Origin: Lama guanicoe
Taxonomy: Eukaryota
Length of the DNA: 64,000 bases
Assembly (NCBI GenBank): GCA_013239625.1
Contig: MU056134.1
Location: 4,976,714-5,040,713, forward strand
Reading direction: 5' to 3'
Part shown: positions 47,300 to 60,000 of the stretch, one piece after another
How positions within the stretch are numbered: the first letter of the stretch is position 1
Layout of the letters: each line of letters starts with the position of its first letter
Translations under genes and position numbers: made by a program
The notes under the pieces: model-generated
What the model was told of the DNA's origin: nothing
The model's database searches: none
Seen by the model: the letters and a program-made list of their open reading frames with translations, nothing else

Positions 47300-48050
47300 T
47301 TGAGAACCACACCTCAGGCCAACGCAGACGCAGGACCTATGCGCGGACCAACCAGCCTACGTGAAAAACTTCCCACTCACCTTCCCTTCTAGACCTCAGG
47401 CCGGCTCCTTGGTCAGGGCTGAGGTAACTGGTTTTCCTCAGGGAAACCTGAGGAGAGACTTCCTAAGGCCAGCCGGCGAAGGCAGCTTTCCCGATAGAGT
47501 GTTAGGGTGGCTTACTGGAAGCACTAGGGATGGACTCCTCTACTGTCCAGCTACCTGGGAGCCCTCGCCGAGGTGAGGCAGGAATACCCGGCGCCTTGGG
47601 CCTGGGGCGCGTCCCAACTGCCGCCCGCGTAGGTGGTGGGGGAATCAGCCGCCAGCGAGCGCACCTTGGCCAGGGCGGGGCCAACGCAGGCCCCGCCCCG
47701 CGCCCGCTGGACGCACTGAGGCCTCACAGCCAATCGGGAAGCGCGGAGCAGGTTCAAATAAAGACGGCGGGTGAGCATGGCGTCACCTCTAGGGTCCGGG
47801 AGGTGATCGCCTAGCGTTATGCGTTGAAGATGTGGCGGGTGAAAAAACTAAATCTTATCCTGTCGCCTTCGCCCCAACCGGTGAGTGGAAGGGCCTCATG
47901 GAGAGAGAGAGAGAGAGAGCTGGGCTGGGGTTTCGGGGCGGAGGCGCTGGCAGTGCCGAGCGTGGTGAAAAGTTGGGTCCAGCCTGGGGCGGAGGGCGGG
48001 GGGCGTGTGGAGTCTTTCTGGTCCTGATGTTCGGAGGACTGGGGTTGGAG
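47300..48050 (+). promoter_or_regulatory. SPAG5 CpG-island promoter with G2/M-type elements
   Basis: GC boxes near 47673 and 47691, CCAAT at 47730-47734 and an inverted CHR (TTCAAA, reverse complement of TTTGAA) at 47753-47758. This is typical of NF-Y plus DREAM/MMB-regulated mitotic genes. Confidence 0.75.
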
Positions 48051-51000
48051 CGTACTCTGCTTATTGCTCGTGAGCTTCTTAGGGAGGGAGGAGAGCTTCT
48101 TAGGGCAGGCTGGCAGAGCTCAGGCTTTATCACATTTTATCTTTCTTAGGGAAAACCAGCTATGAGAACACCTCTCCGAGAACTTATCCTGCAGCCTGGT
48201 GCCCTCACCAGCTCTGGAAAAGGGCCCCCTATTGGGGGATCCTCGCCAACCCCACCACTGTGCAAACTGGGGTTGCAGGTGAGATTCGCCTGCCCAGCTA
48301 GCTTCTCGACTGGGCTCCTTGCCGAGGCCGAGAGCTCAGAGGAACAGAGGGCCAGGGCTTGAACGTAATTAATAACGGTAATGATGTTTTCTACCTCGGT
48401 GACATCCATTTACAGCTATTCAGGCCAACAGAGAGATGCCCTGGGGTGGTTAGAAGAAATCCACTGAGAACCGGCACCTCTATTTAGCTGTGAGTTTTTA
48501 TCACCTCCTCCCTACTTCAGTCTATCAAAGTGATAGAAGTACTATCACTTTGACTCGTGGTCTCTCTCTAATAGGGATTCACTTATGGAGAAGTCAGCTG
48601 CAAGAATGAGAGGTAGTCAAAACTCCTCAGGGGTCAAGTTACACCACTGGAAGGCAGGACACGGGCCACCATAGTTAGTTCCCCTTTTAGAATTGCCCTC
48701 ACTAATTTGTACTTTTGTGAAAGGTCTTGAGAGAAATGAGGATTGACTATATATTTCTCTGCATGCTGCTTTTCTCATTAGTAATGTGGTTTAAATTCTT
48801 CCATGTCAACTGGCGTAGAAATAATTCATAAGATACTATAGTATGCATGGATCATAATTTATTCATAAATGGTCATTTATTTTTCCACTTTTTTTGCTTC
48901 TGCAAACAATGCTAACATAAATATCTTTGTACTGATACTTTTATTTCAATGAGATACATTTTCAGGAGTTGGATTATTGGTTTGAAGAAAAGATATTTTT
49001 AATTTTAATAAATTTTGCCAGATCGCTATCTAAAATAGCTATTAGAATTCATATTTTCTCCAGCATTATATGAGGATTTCCATTTCCCCACATCACCTCA
49101 TGTAAGTCTAATTTTTTCTTTTTTCTTTCTTTCTTTTTTTTTTTGGTAAATGGTCTTTTTAGCTAAAGCTTCTAAAATAGTTTTGTTTTCCTGATAATTC
49201 AGAAATTTTATTGTTTCTTGTCAATCCTGCTTGGAACTTGGTGAGACATTTCATAATGCAAACTCAGCTCTTTCTTTACCTTAGAGAAATTTTCTTCTAA
49301 TACTTGTTAATCAGTGCCTCACCTGTACATGTTCTCTTTTCTCCTGGAACTTCTTTTATTCACATGTTAGGTTTGCTGGATTTAGCTTCCAATTCTTTTA
49401 GCTTTTCTCTCAGATTTACATTTCTTTTTATTTTTGTTTTTAAGATATTTCTCCCACTTGATTGTCCAGCCCAGTAATTCCAGTCTCAACTCTGATCATC
49501 CTCTTTCAATTCATATTACTGAAATTTTTTGTTTAAAAATTATATTTATTATTTCCAGAACATCTTTGTGTATATGAGTTGTACTCAGATCTTCTTACAT
49601 ATTCATATAGTTTTTGGTTCAAATAGACATGTGTTTCTTCCATCAGCTGTGTTTTCCTAACTATCTTAGGTTTGTCCTTTCTCTGGCTACTAGGTCCACT
49701 TAAGTACATTCCTATTTTCCTTCATGTTCATTGAGTCTCAGGACTAGCAACCCTACAAGTGGTAGAGAGTGCAGTGGTCTTTGTCCCTGTGAACCAGCAG
49801 CAGGGAGCTTGTCAGTCCCTTATCTGGGCACACCAGGAAGAGGTCTTTCTGCTCTTTATTATCCTCTGCTAAAAAGGCTAGAACTCTTCAAATCCCAAGA
49901 GTTGAATTGCTTCAAGCCATGTGTTCAGGACACCCTCAGCTTTCGGGGCGAAGGAGACTAACTAGGTCACTGGCACAGGTTGATGCTGCCCTTTCTCCCT
50001 AGGGTCCATGGATCTCTGTGGGCCAAGTGCTCTCTAACTCTAGTCCCCAGTTTCTCATCTGCTCCAAAAGGAAGAAAATCTTATACCAACTCTAGATTTT
50101 GGCAGAACTTGACCCAGGGACCCTTCCTACCTAGTCTCATAGAAGTGAATTTGAGTTAGGATTGGAGAAGAGTGGGGTCACTTTCAAGCTACCATCTCCC
50201 CATGTTATGGATAGATTATTTTAGCCTTGTTTATACTGTGACCTGTTCACTTGGAAGGACCCCAAAGGGCTTCCCAGCTTTTGTACTAGGTCTCTGTAGT
50301 ACGTAGCAAGTCTTAGCCAACTTTTTACCTAAGCAAAGGTAATGAGAACTCTTTCCTTTTTTGAGTTCAGACAGTATCCTGCACCCATAATTGTACTTTG
50401 AGAACCAGAATTGACTGTCTTAGTCAACTACTTTTGTTTCTGTTTGCAGGAAGACAGCAACAACTTATCTCCACTGGATTTTGTCAATGCTAAGAAGATA
50501 GACTCCTCTTCAGAACAGTTCAGCCATTCCTCAAAGTGGCTTGAAGCTTGTCAACATGAATCAGATGAGCAGCCCCTAAATCTGATGCCCCAAACCAACT
50601 CTACTCCCAAAACATCTGAGGAAGCTGTAGACCCACTGGATGACAATGTGGATAAAACCATGGTCCTTGTGCCGTCTCCAGGGGGGCAGCAGCAAGACAT
50701 TATACTTGAGGCCCATTTAGATGCCGTGGCAGAGACATACAGCTTCTCTCTAGATGAGCCCTTGAGGCCAGGAGACCTGCTGAGAAAGGAGGTGGCACCC
50801 TGCAAGGAAGACAACTTTTCAGAAATTGTTCCTGCTCTGCGTGAGAAACCTATATTTCAGGATCCTCCATCTCATCTCTTAGAGTACCCACCAAATCCCT
50901 GTTCTGAGCAACAGCTACACTGCTCCAAGGAAAGCCTGAAGGACAGTAGCACTGAGGCTGTACCTGAGGACGTAGTCCCTTCTGAAAGTAATGCTTTCTT

Positions 51001-54000
51001 GCCTTCTTCTGTGCTCTGGCTTTCCCCTTCAACTGCCTTAGCAACAGATTTTCCTGTCAGTCATGTGGACCCAGAGGAGGAATTTGCAGAGCACAGAGCT
51101 GTAGAGGAGAGAGAAATGAGCTTTCCCACACTCCCCGAGGAGGCTGAATTGGGAGATCAAGCACCTATCTCAAATATGGAAGATATTCCATCCACATGCC
51201 TGACCCCAAATCCAGGAGAAATGGAATCTCAGGCAGCTCCAGAGCCTGCCATGGAAGATGCTGGTAGGATTCCCATCTCTGATACAGGGCCTTGGATGTC
51301 CCCCCTGGCCTGGCTGGAAAAGGGTGTAAATACCTCTGTCATGCTGGAAAATCTCCGCCAGAGCTTATCGCTTCCCTCTGCGTTTCGGGATGCTGCGATT
51401 GGCACTACCCCTTTCTCTGTTTGCTCGGTGGGGACTTGGTTTACTCCCCCAACACAACAGGAGAAGAGTACAAACACATCCCAGACAGGCTTGGTGGGCA
51501 CCAAGGACAGTACTTCTGAGACAGAGCACCTCCTGTGGGGGTAAGTGTCTCTGTATCTTTGTGCTCCAGGGCTTCATTCACCTTGACCTGCCTCTCCCAT
51601 CCCTTTCGTTCTTCTTCTCATGTTCTTCTCTTCCTGCTGCAGCCGTCCTCCAGATCTGACTGCCCTGTCTCGACATGACCTGGAAGATAACCTGCTGAAC
51701 TCTCTTATCATTCTGGAGATTCTCTCCCGCCAGCTGCGGGACTGGAAGAGCCAGCTGACTAGCCCTCGCCCAGAAGTTCAGGACAGCAGTGCACAGACTG
51801 ACACCCCTCCCAGTGGGGTAAGAAGGTTCCTTCCAAAGTGTGGAGGATCCCAGTGAACACTCTTAGAATATATATTAAAGTTAAGGGTCTGGAAAATCCC
51901 TTAGAGCTGTGGGTACTCACTGTACCCCTGGGGTACATCAAAACTTTCCAAGGAATGCAAGCAAGGAAAGTTTTAGAGGAATCAGTTTCTAGATCTTTGT
52001 CTTCCAAATGCACTCTTTACTAATTTTTTTCTTTCCTACTTCCCTTTTCTCAGTTGCCCTTGCCCACTTTACTGACTTTACTATAAAAAAGGAGCATATT
52101 TCTACCTGTCCTTAATCTTACGTTGTGAAGGGATAGCATTCAAAGGACAAGAGAAAATATTTGTACACATGCTGAGAAAGCAATTGACTGCAATGATTAT
52201 GTAACATGGCATTTTTGCATGCTTTCAACAAAATTGAAGGAGTTGACTTTAATTATGTCAGTGGATCATTAAAATTTTTTGATGGAGTTCACTACAAGAT
52301 TTTTGGCATATATCTCCAAAGGAGCACCTAGAATTGGGTGGCATGCCTTCTTTCATTCCTACTTATTACCATTATTTATGTGAAGAAGTTTTCTCACAAA
52401 ATTTTACATCTATAAAAATGGACAATAGGCATAGAATTGTTGCTGAACCACATCTTACTGTAGGAATTATAGTAATCCACAGACACATGAACTAGTAAGT
52501 GGAAGGAAGCTCCATCCATTTCATTAATAGGTGATTCCCAATAAAATTTTACTGAATATTTTTATGATTTTATTAAAAATTATATTATTACAGTGATTAG
52601 TATACAACTGATGGAAATATTTCTTCATTCAAAAGAAAATTTTTTACTTAATGTCTTATGGTCAGGGAAACTTAAAAAGAATTTTAATTTAAATTTAGAT
52701 GAACTTTTAAAAATTTCTATTCTTTTTTTCTGATTTTTTATCGAAGTATAGTTGATGTACAATGTTATATAAGTTACAGATGTACAGAACAGTGATATAA
52801 TTTTTAAAGGTTATAGTCCATTTATAGTTACTATAAAATATTGGCTGTATTCTCCGTGTTGTACAATATATCCTTGTTGTAGAGATATTAATTAATAATA
52901 GACTTCAAAATGTAAAAATATATTACATTAGGCTAAAATTCTGAGAGGATTAAAATTAGAGGTTCAAGCGGAAGAGGGGATGATATAAAATTTCTGACTG
53001 TTAAAGAAGAGCTTGTTCATGTAATTTTTAAAGGTATCAAATAGTTTTCAGTCATTATGGTATATGTCATATTTATACCATTGGGTATATTTATACCATA
53101 GTGTATATTTATGAGTGATTTAACAGTTCTATTTCAAACTATCAATATTTATAATATGGTGGAAATTATGGCCTTTGTAACAATTTAAACTTAAGGATAC
53201 TCACTCTTTCAAAATTACTGTAGGAGATATGAGAGGGAACCAGTTTAAAGACTTTTTCTAGAGGACTCTGGCTTTGATGACACAGGCCATGGAAGTAAGG
53301 GAACGTGTCAGGAAGGAATTGAGAGCCTGAGTGTTCTGGCTGTTGAGGTAATAGGTGGCTGCTACTAAGAAGAGATGGTCTCCCCAAACCCAAGACCTCC
53401 TTTGGATTGAAAATATCCTCAAAATAATGACTTTACCTTTTGCCAAAATCGTGGAAGCCATAGGCTCATCATTCTTCTGGCTGCTCAGTTTCTTTCCTGT
53501 GTTATCTAATTTTTGTATCCTTTCCTCTTGTCCTTGACTTTTTCTCCATCCCTGTGTTGGCCTTATATCCTCTTTCCTTGAAGCTTGCCAAATCCTTTTG
53601 GAGACCACTGAAGCAGAACCAAAGAGAGGAAATGACAGAACCTTCAGCCATTCCCCATCACAGAGCCAGGTCCTTGCTGCTTGGCTGCCTCATTCACACT
53701 AATCTCATCACCTGCCTGACTGCCCAGCTCTGAGCAGTATGTGTGCCCTGTCCAGGGCTCAGGGGGCACTCTTTGCACAACACAGCAGGAACTGATGACT
53801 GCTTTGCTGAGGAAAGGAGCAGTGAACTCCAAGAGCTCTGCCCCCTTAAATCCAGACTGCCGCAACATCGTGACTCAGCACTGCTGCTCCAGCGCTAGGC
53901 TTTTTCATAGATGATGGCTGCCTTGCAGCAGTAACAAAAGCTTCCCACTTTTCTCTCAGAACTTCAGAGTCTTTCTGTGGTTCTGCTGCCTTTGAGATTA

Positions 54001-57000
54001 TACTTATCTATACTACATATCACACTAAGCTTTCATCTGACCCAAGATAATGAACTAGTAAGTGGAAGTGAACTAGAGAGTGAAGTAATAAAAATGAATA
54101 AGAAATGTTAGAGAATGTTACCATTATTGGTAACCAGAGAAATGCAAATTGCAACAATAAGATGCTATTTTCTTCTAACAAAATAGGAAAGAATAAAATA
54201 GATAATGGTGATAAGCATTGTCCTATTGTCAGTAGGGTATAAATTGGTTTAATCTTTTTTGAAGGCGTTATAGGATCCTTAAAGCAGTCCAGACTTTTTG
54301 ACCCAGTAACTCCACTTCTAGGGATGTATCCTAAGGGAAAAAAAATTCTGTACAAAGATAACTTTTTTTAAATAATGAAAAAAAAATGGTGCACCCATAT
54401 GATGGGATATTCTACAGTCATTTAAAAGATTTATGAAGAGTTTTTAAAAAGATGGATAAAGATGGATAAGTTTAATGTAAGTTCATGATTTTTAAAGAAA
54501 GGAAATCCGAATTCACATAATCGCTGAGAGGCTTTGGTGTAAGGTAAAATATAAGCTGAAGTTAAAAATGGGTGGTACTCCACTTTGATATTTCCCCCTA
54601 AAGCACATGGCTGCTCCAATAAGGAGAGTGAATATAAACTCAGGGCTAAATAACATTAGTATAATAAAATTGAGTAATAAAAGCAGGACCTCAAATTTAT
54701 TTATATATTATAATCTCATTTGTGGTTTTTCTTAAGCATTACTGTCTTTCATCAAATCTAAGACATTATCACTATTAAGATGCATACTCATTTAAAATAT
54801 AAAAAGATAATCATCTTAGAATTTACTGAATATGGTCATTTCTTTCTAAATCAGTAGTCTACAACTTTTTTTTTCCCCTGACACTTGAGTAAAGTAACAT
54901 ACTCATCAATTAATAGCAAATCCCAATAGCAAGGAAATCTGGTGTGGAAGTGTATTAAAATCTTTTAGGGTGGGTGCTATAATGTTGGTTAAAAACTACT
55001 GCTTCTAGATGATGAAATTATTAATGATTTCTTTTTCTATTTTATTCACTTTTCTATTTGTAAAATTTTAAAATAAGTATGCATTATCCTTATAATCAGA
55101 AAAAAATGTTACTTTAAAAAGGAAGTTTTTTTACCTATCTCTGGATTTTTTTTTTTCTGACTTGGCTTCTGTGTCTCAGTGAGTGGGAGGGGGAGTGAGC
55201 TGCTGGTAGTGCATGTAGCCTATGCAAAAGGAACAATTCTCTTTCTCCGGCTAGGTGAGTAAGAAACCCCAGCATCTTCAGGAGCGCCAGGAGATTGGAC
55301 AGGCTCTGCAACAGGCCAGGAGTGTCATGGTAAGTGTTGATTGACCTTATACCATTGCTAGGTCTCCTGGGAAGATCAAGAATGGAGACTCGAGGGTGGT
55401 TAGCAGATGGTGGTACTCAGCTGTGGCAGTCTGCTTCTCTGGGAGAAGCAGAAGGGAGATTTCCTTTTGTTAAGAACATCTCTTCCTTACTGGAAGCTTG
55501 AAGTTGGGTGCATGGCTTTCCTCCCCAGTGTCCCTACTTACTTCCTGCTTAATGACTTTATCTGATCTAGCCCAACCATCTTTCCCTCTACAGCAGTCAT
55601 GTGTGCTGGTCTCTAAAGAGCTGATATCCTTGCTTCACCTCTCTCTGTTACACTTAGATGAAGATAGAACTACTCTGAGTCAGGAGGTAAGCAGCATGAT
55701 GAAGAAAGAGGCCTCTGTTGGGACTGAAGTTCAGTCAAATAAAGGAACCAGACACAGCATCTGATTCTTATCTTGTAGTCTCTGCGTGCAGAAACCTTGG
55801 TCTCCTGCTGTTTTGATGTGTTGAAGAAGTTGAGGGCAAGGCTCCAGAGTCTCCAAGCAGAAAGGGAGGAGGCAAAGTGCAGGGAGGAAATGGCTCTCAG
55901 AGGCAAGGATGCGGTAAGATGTCAGTCTTTCATTCCTAGATATGAGAGGTTTCTTCCCAAGGGTTCCTATGGGAATACAAATTGACTTGAGACATAGATG
56001 GGTGGCTGAAGAACTGCCTGCCCTGGGGAATAATGACCTAAACTCCCGATGTGATGGATAGTTGTGGCTTTTTGTGTTGTTTCCTTCCTTTGCCAAGGAT
56101 GTCCTCACAACCTCTTCTCTAAACAGGCGGAGACAGTGTTAGAGGCTTTCTGTGCACACGCCAGCCAGCGCATCAGCCATTTGGAACAGGACCTGGCATC
56201 CATGGGGGAATTCAGAGGCCTTTTGAAGGAGACCCAGACCCAACTGGTAACTGAGATCATGTTCCCTCCCGAGATACATGCTGATACATGGGGAGGATGG
56301 TCACATACCCCCTCTTCCCTGTATCCAGCGGGAAGGGCCCCTCTATCAGCAATCCTTCTCGTGTAGGTGGGGCTTCATACTGAGCAAGAAGAATTGGCTC
56401 AGCAGACAGTGAGTCTTACTTCAGCCTTGCAACAGGACTGGGTGTCCATGCAACTGGATGTAAGTATTTGGGGCCATTATACTACTCCTGAAATCATAGC
56501 CAGTCCCGTTAGGAGCCTGTCTCAAGTGTGCTCTACTGACCTATTTGCTTTCCCTGTTAGTATGTAACATGGACAGCTTTGCTGAGCCGGGTTAAACAAC
56601 TCACAGAGAAATTCACAGCCAAGAGCCGGCAGATCCTGCAGGAACGTGATGCTGCAATTGAGGGAAAGCAGCAGGTACAAACCAGAAGTGGGTACTGCTT
56701 AGGCCTGGTTTCCTCCTTGTCTACAGAAGGCCTTTCTGATGCGTGGTATCATTAGCCTCTTCCCCTGGACCTGTCTTCTTTCCACCTGTGTTTTTTGAGA
56801 CCATCTAGTCCCTTTGCTGTGACACGGCCTTGGACCCAGTTGTTTCCTTTGCCCTTCAGCACCTTTTCAGCTACTTTCCTCCTGTTTCTACTTTTTCCTG
56901 AGGATCAGCCTTATTTGCTGCAGTGTTGTTACCCCAGAATAAGGTGGTTTACTGTCCTGTTCAGAAAGAGAATCTGGACTAAGTCTTGGGACTCTTGATT

Positions 57001-60000
57001 CAAGAAGAAATGTGTGAGGAAAATGTCTTTTTTCTCTAGGTTTCCAGAGAGCTAGAACAAGTCTCTTCATGTTTAAAAGACTGCAAAGGCCAAATAGAAC
57101 AACTAGAGTTGGAAAACAGTCGCCTGGCAACAGGTGTGTGTGTGTGTGTGTGCATGTGTGCAAGCATGTATACCCTGATAAGACTGAGGTTTGGCAGTAG
57201 AGCAAGAAGGTGCTCTAGAGCACTTGTTTTGGAGCAGAAGTGTGGGGAGGTTTGGACCTGGTGACCACGTGGTGTCATTAGGATGCTTTTGGTCTAGATC
57301 TCCAGGCTCAGCTGCAGATTCTGGCCAGCATGGAGAGTCAGCTAAAAGACCTACAGAGTCAGCATGCCCTTTGTACCCAGGACCTGGCCATGAAGGATGA
57401 GTTGCTCTGCCAGCTTACCCAGAGCAGTGAGGAGCGGGCTGCTCAGTGAGTTCCTCTCAGGTTATTGTGGCAGTAGGCGCCCAGGATGTAGGACCAGTGG
57501 GATCTAACACGAGGTTTCTGGCAGATGGCAAAAGGAAGAGATGGCCCTAAAACACATGCAGGCAGAGCTGCAGCAACAACAGGCTGTCCTGGCCAAGGAA
57601 GCTCAGGACCTGAAGGAGACCCTGGAGGTAAGGAAGATGGCTTGGAGCAAGGGATCTGGCAGGAGTGTGACTCTTTTCTGATGGTATTGAAGTGAAGTTT
57701 GAGACTGTGGACTGGAAAACATTCTGTTCCCAAGACTCTAAAATCTTCCCACTTAGACACATCCCACCCCCCACCCCCCATCCTCCTTCCTTCTCCTGTC
57801 TCCCCAGTTTGCAGAACAAGAGAATCAGGTTGCTCACCTGGAGCTGGGCCAAGTTGAGTGTCAGTTGAAAAGCACTTTGGAAGTGCTCCGGGAGCGCAGC
57901 CTGCAGTGTGAGGACCTCAAGGACACTGTGGCGAACCTAAAGTAAGATCTCTACCTTTCTGTGCTTCCCCCTTAGGGCTTTTCTTTCCGAGGGCCACTTC
58001 TAGAAGCTAAAGTCTTCAAGAAGGGAATTGTGAAAGGGTCCGAGAGCCTCTTGTTTCCTTCTTTGAATGTAACTCTGAGTTGGGATTTGGAGAGACGTAC
58101 AGAGAAGGTCATCTGGTCTTTGGCCGTCTTTTCTGTTCCTTCCTTATCTCAGGGATAAACTGGCCAGCACCATAAAAGAGAAGCAGCAGCAGGACCTGAA
58201 GAAGACGCACCAGTATTCCCAAGAGCTGGGGGTGCTGACTAAGCAACTGCATAGTCTGATCCTCTTCCTACAGACAAAACTAAAGGAGGAGGTAGGATCT
58301 GGGGCTTCCATCTCTTCCTTTCCAGTTGTATCTTTGAATAAAGACGGTTTTATCTCTTCCTTCCCAATCTATATACCTTTTATTTCCTTTTCTTGTCTTA
58401 CTGCATAAGCTAGAACTTTCCCTACAATGTTGAAAAGGATAGAATCCAATTGAGAGAGACAGACTGAAGGGTCATCCATGTAGAAGTGGATGTTTTTATG
58501 GAGCTCCCGTGGTGGGACCACTTGAGGTATGGATTAGTGTAAAAGGGGCTAAGGATGAACCAAAAGGAATTAAAGAAAGACCTGTGGCTAGAGAGAAGAA
58601 ATAACCAGAAAGATATGAGTCCTACCTCTGGAGAGACAGCCATGTCCCAGATGCTAAGAAAATGAAGTTTCTAAAACAACATGGTCATCGGTCATCAAAT
58701 AGGTCAGGTAAAATAAGAGCTGAAAAGTGTCCATTGCATTTGAAAGTAAGGGTGCCATTAGTTTACCAAATAATGAAAGCTTTGGTGGAATGATGGAGCA
58801 GAAACCTGAGTGTAGTGGGCCAGGGAATCAATAGATGGTGAGAATTTTAGGCAAGAAATGTAGGGTTTTTTTCTTTGTTTTTTTGTTTTTAAATTGAAGA
58901 GAAAGAGAAATGGTAATAGCTAAAAGGGTATTTAAGGTAAGAAGAAGATTTTTTTTTAATTGTTGTTTTAGTGGAAGAGAATTAAGTTCAGGGAAAGGAG
59001 CTAATGGAGATGTTGAGGATAGAGAAGAGGTAATAGAGCAGCATTCTAGACGAGATGGCTGGTGAGTACCTGGAAATTCAGGGAAATCACTAACCCTGAA
59101 AAGAAGCTGACCTTTTTTTCTTCTTTGCCCTTAGGCTGAACCAGAGACCCTCCCGATAAGCATAGCCTGTGCTCCTTCCCAGGGACACCCTCTGCTCACC
59201 GACAGCGCCTTCCTGGGCAGCATCTTGACAGCAGTGGCAGATGAAGGTTAAAGGCCCTGGAATTGAGGGGTGGGAAAGTTGTGACCCTGCTCCTGATATC
59301 TGCAGTTGTTGAAGATGCCCACCAACAGACCTATGTCTCCCTGGTTTCCGTTATGATGGATCCTTTACTGGGTTATCATAGGGGCCCTCAATCATGGTCG
59401 GTTTTTGTTTTAGAGCCAGAATCAGCTCCTGCACCCTTGCTTGGAAGTGACAAGAGTGCTTTCACCAGAGTAGCATCAACGGTTTCCCTTCAGCCTACAG
59501 GTTAGGATGGGCTCCAGGGATCCTGCCTCATTTCTAGATCTGGTAGTGATGATAAAGACTAAAGCAGTGAGAAGCGCTTTGCTCTAAAAACCTCAATTCT
59601 ACCTGGGCTCATTTCATTCCTGCCTTTTGGGATCTGTAATGTTCCGGACGGTCAAATCTGGTGGGTGGGGAACATGGAAAAGAGTTGTGGAAGTGATGGC
59701 TACATACTCCTTCCTTTTAGAGCTAAAGGGCTCTACCTCTATCTAGTACTTTCTCTTTTAGAAACCCCAGGCATTGAGAAGAGCCTGGAAGAAATGAGTA
59801 CTAAGACTCTGGAGCTCCGGAGCCTGTGTTCCCTGCTGCAGGAGTCCAGAGAAGAAGCTGTCAGGACTCTGCAGCGGAAGATGTGAGTGGAGGGCAGTCT
59901 TGTGAGGGGGGCGGGTCAGGTGAGCAGCCCCTTATGTCAAGGGCCCAGCCAGCCCTCAGGGGCAGAGGAAATAATGCTAAATTCTTCCCTCCCCTAGTTG

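Noticed and set aside
53790-53812. Possible box C/D snoRNA (TGATGA...CTGA)
   Set aside because: The boxes are only about 10 nt apart and there is no terminal stem.
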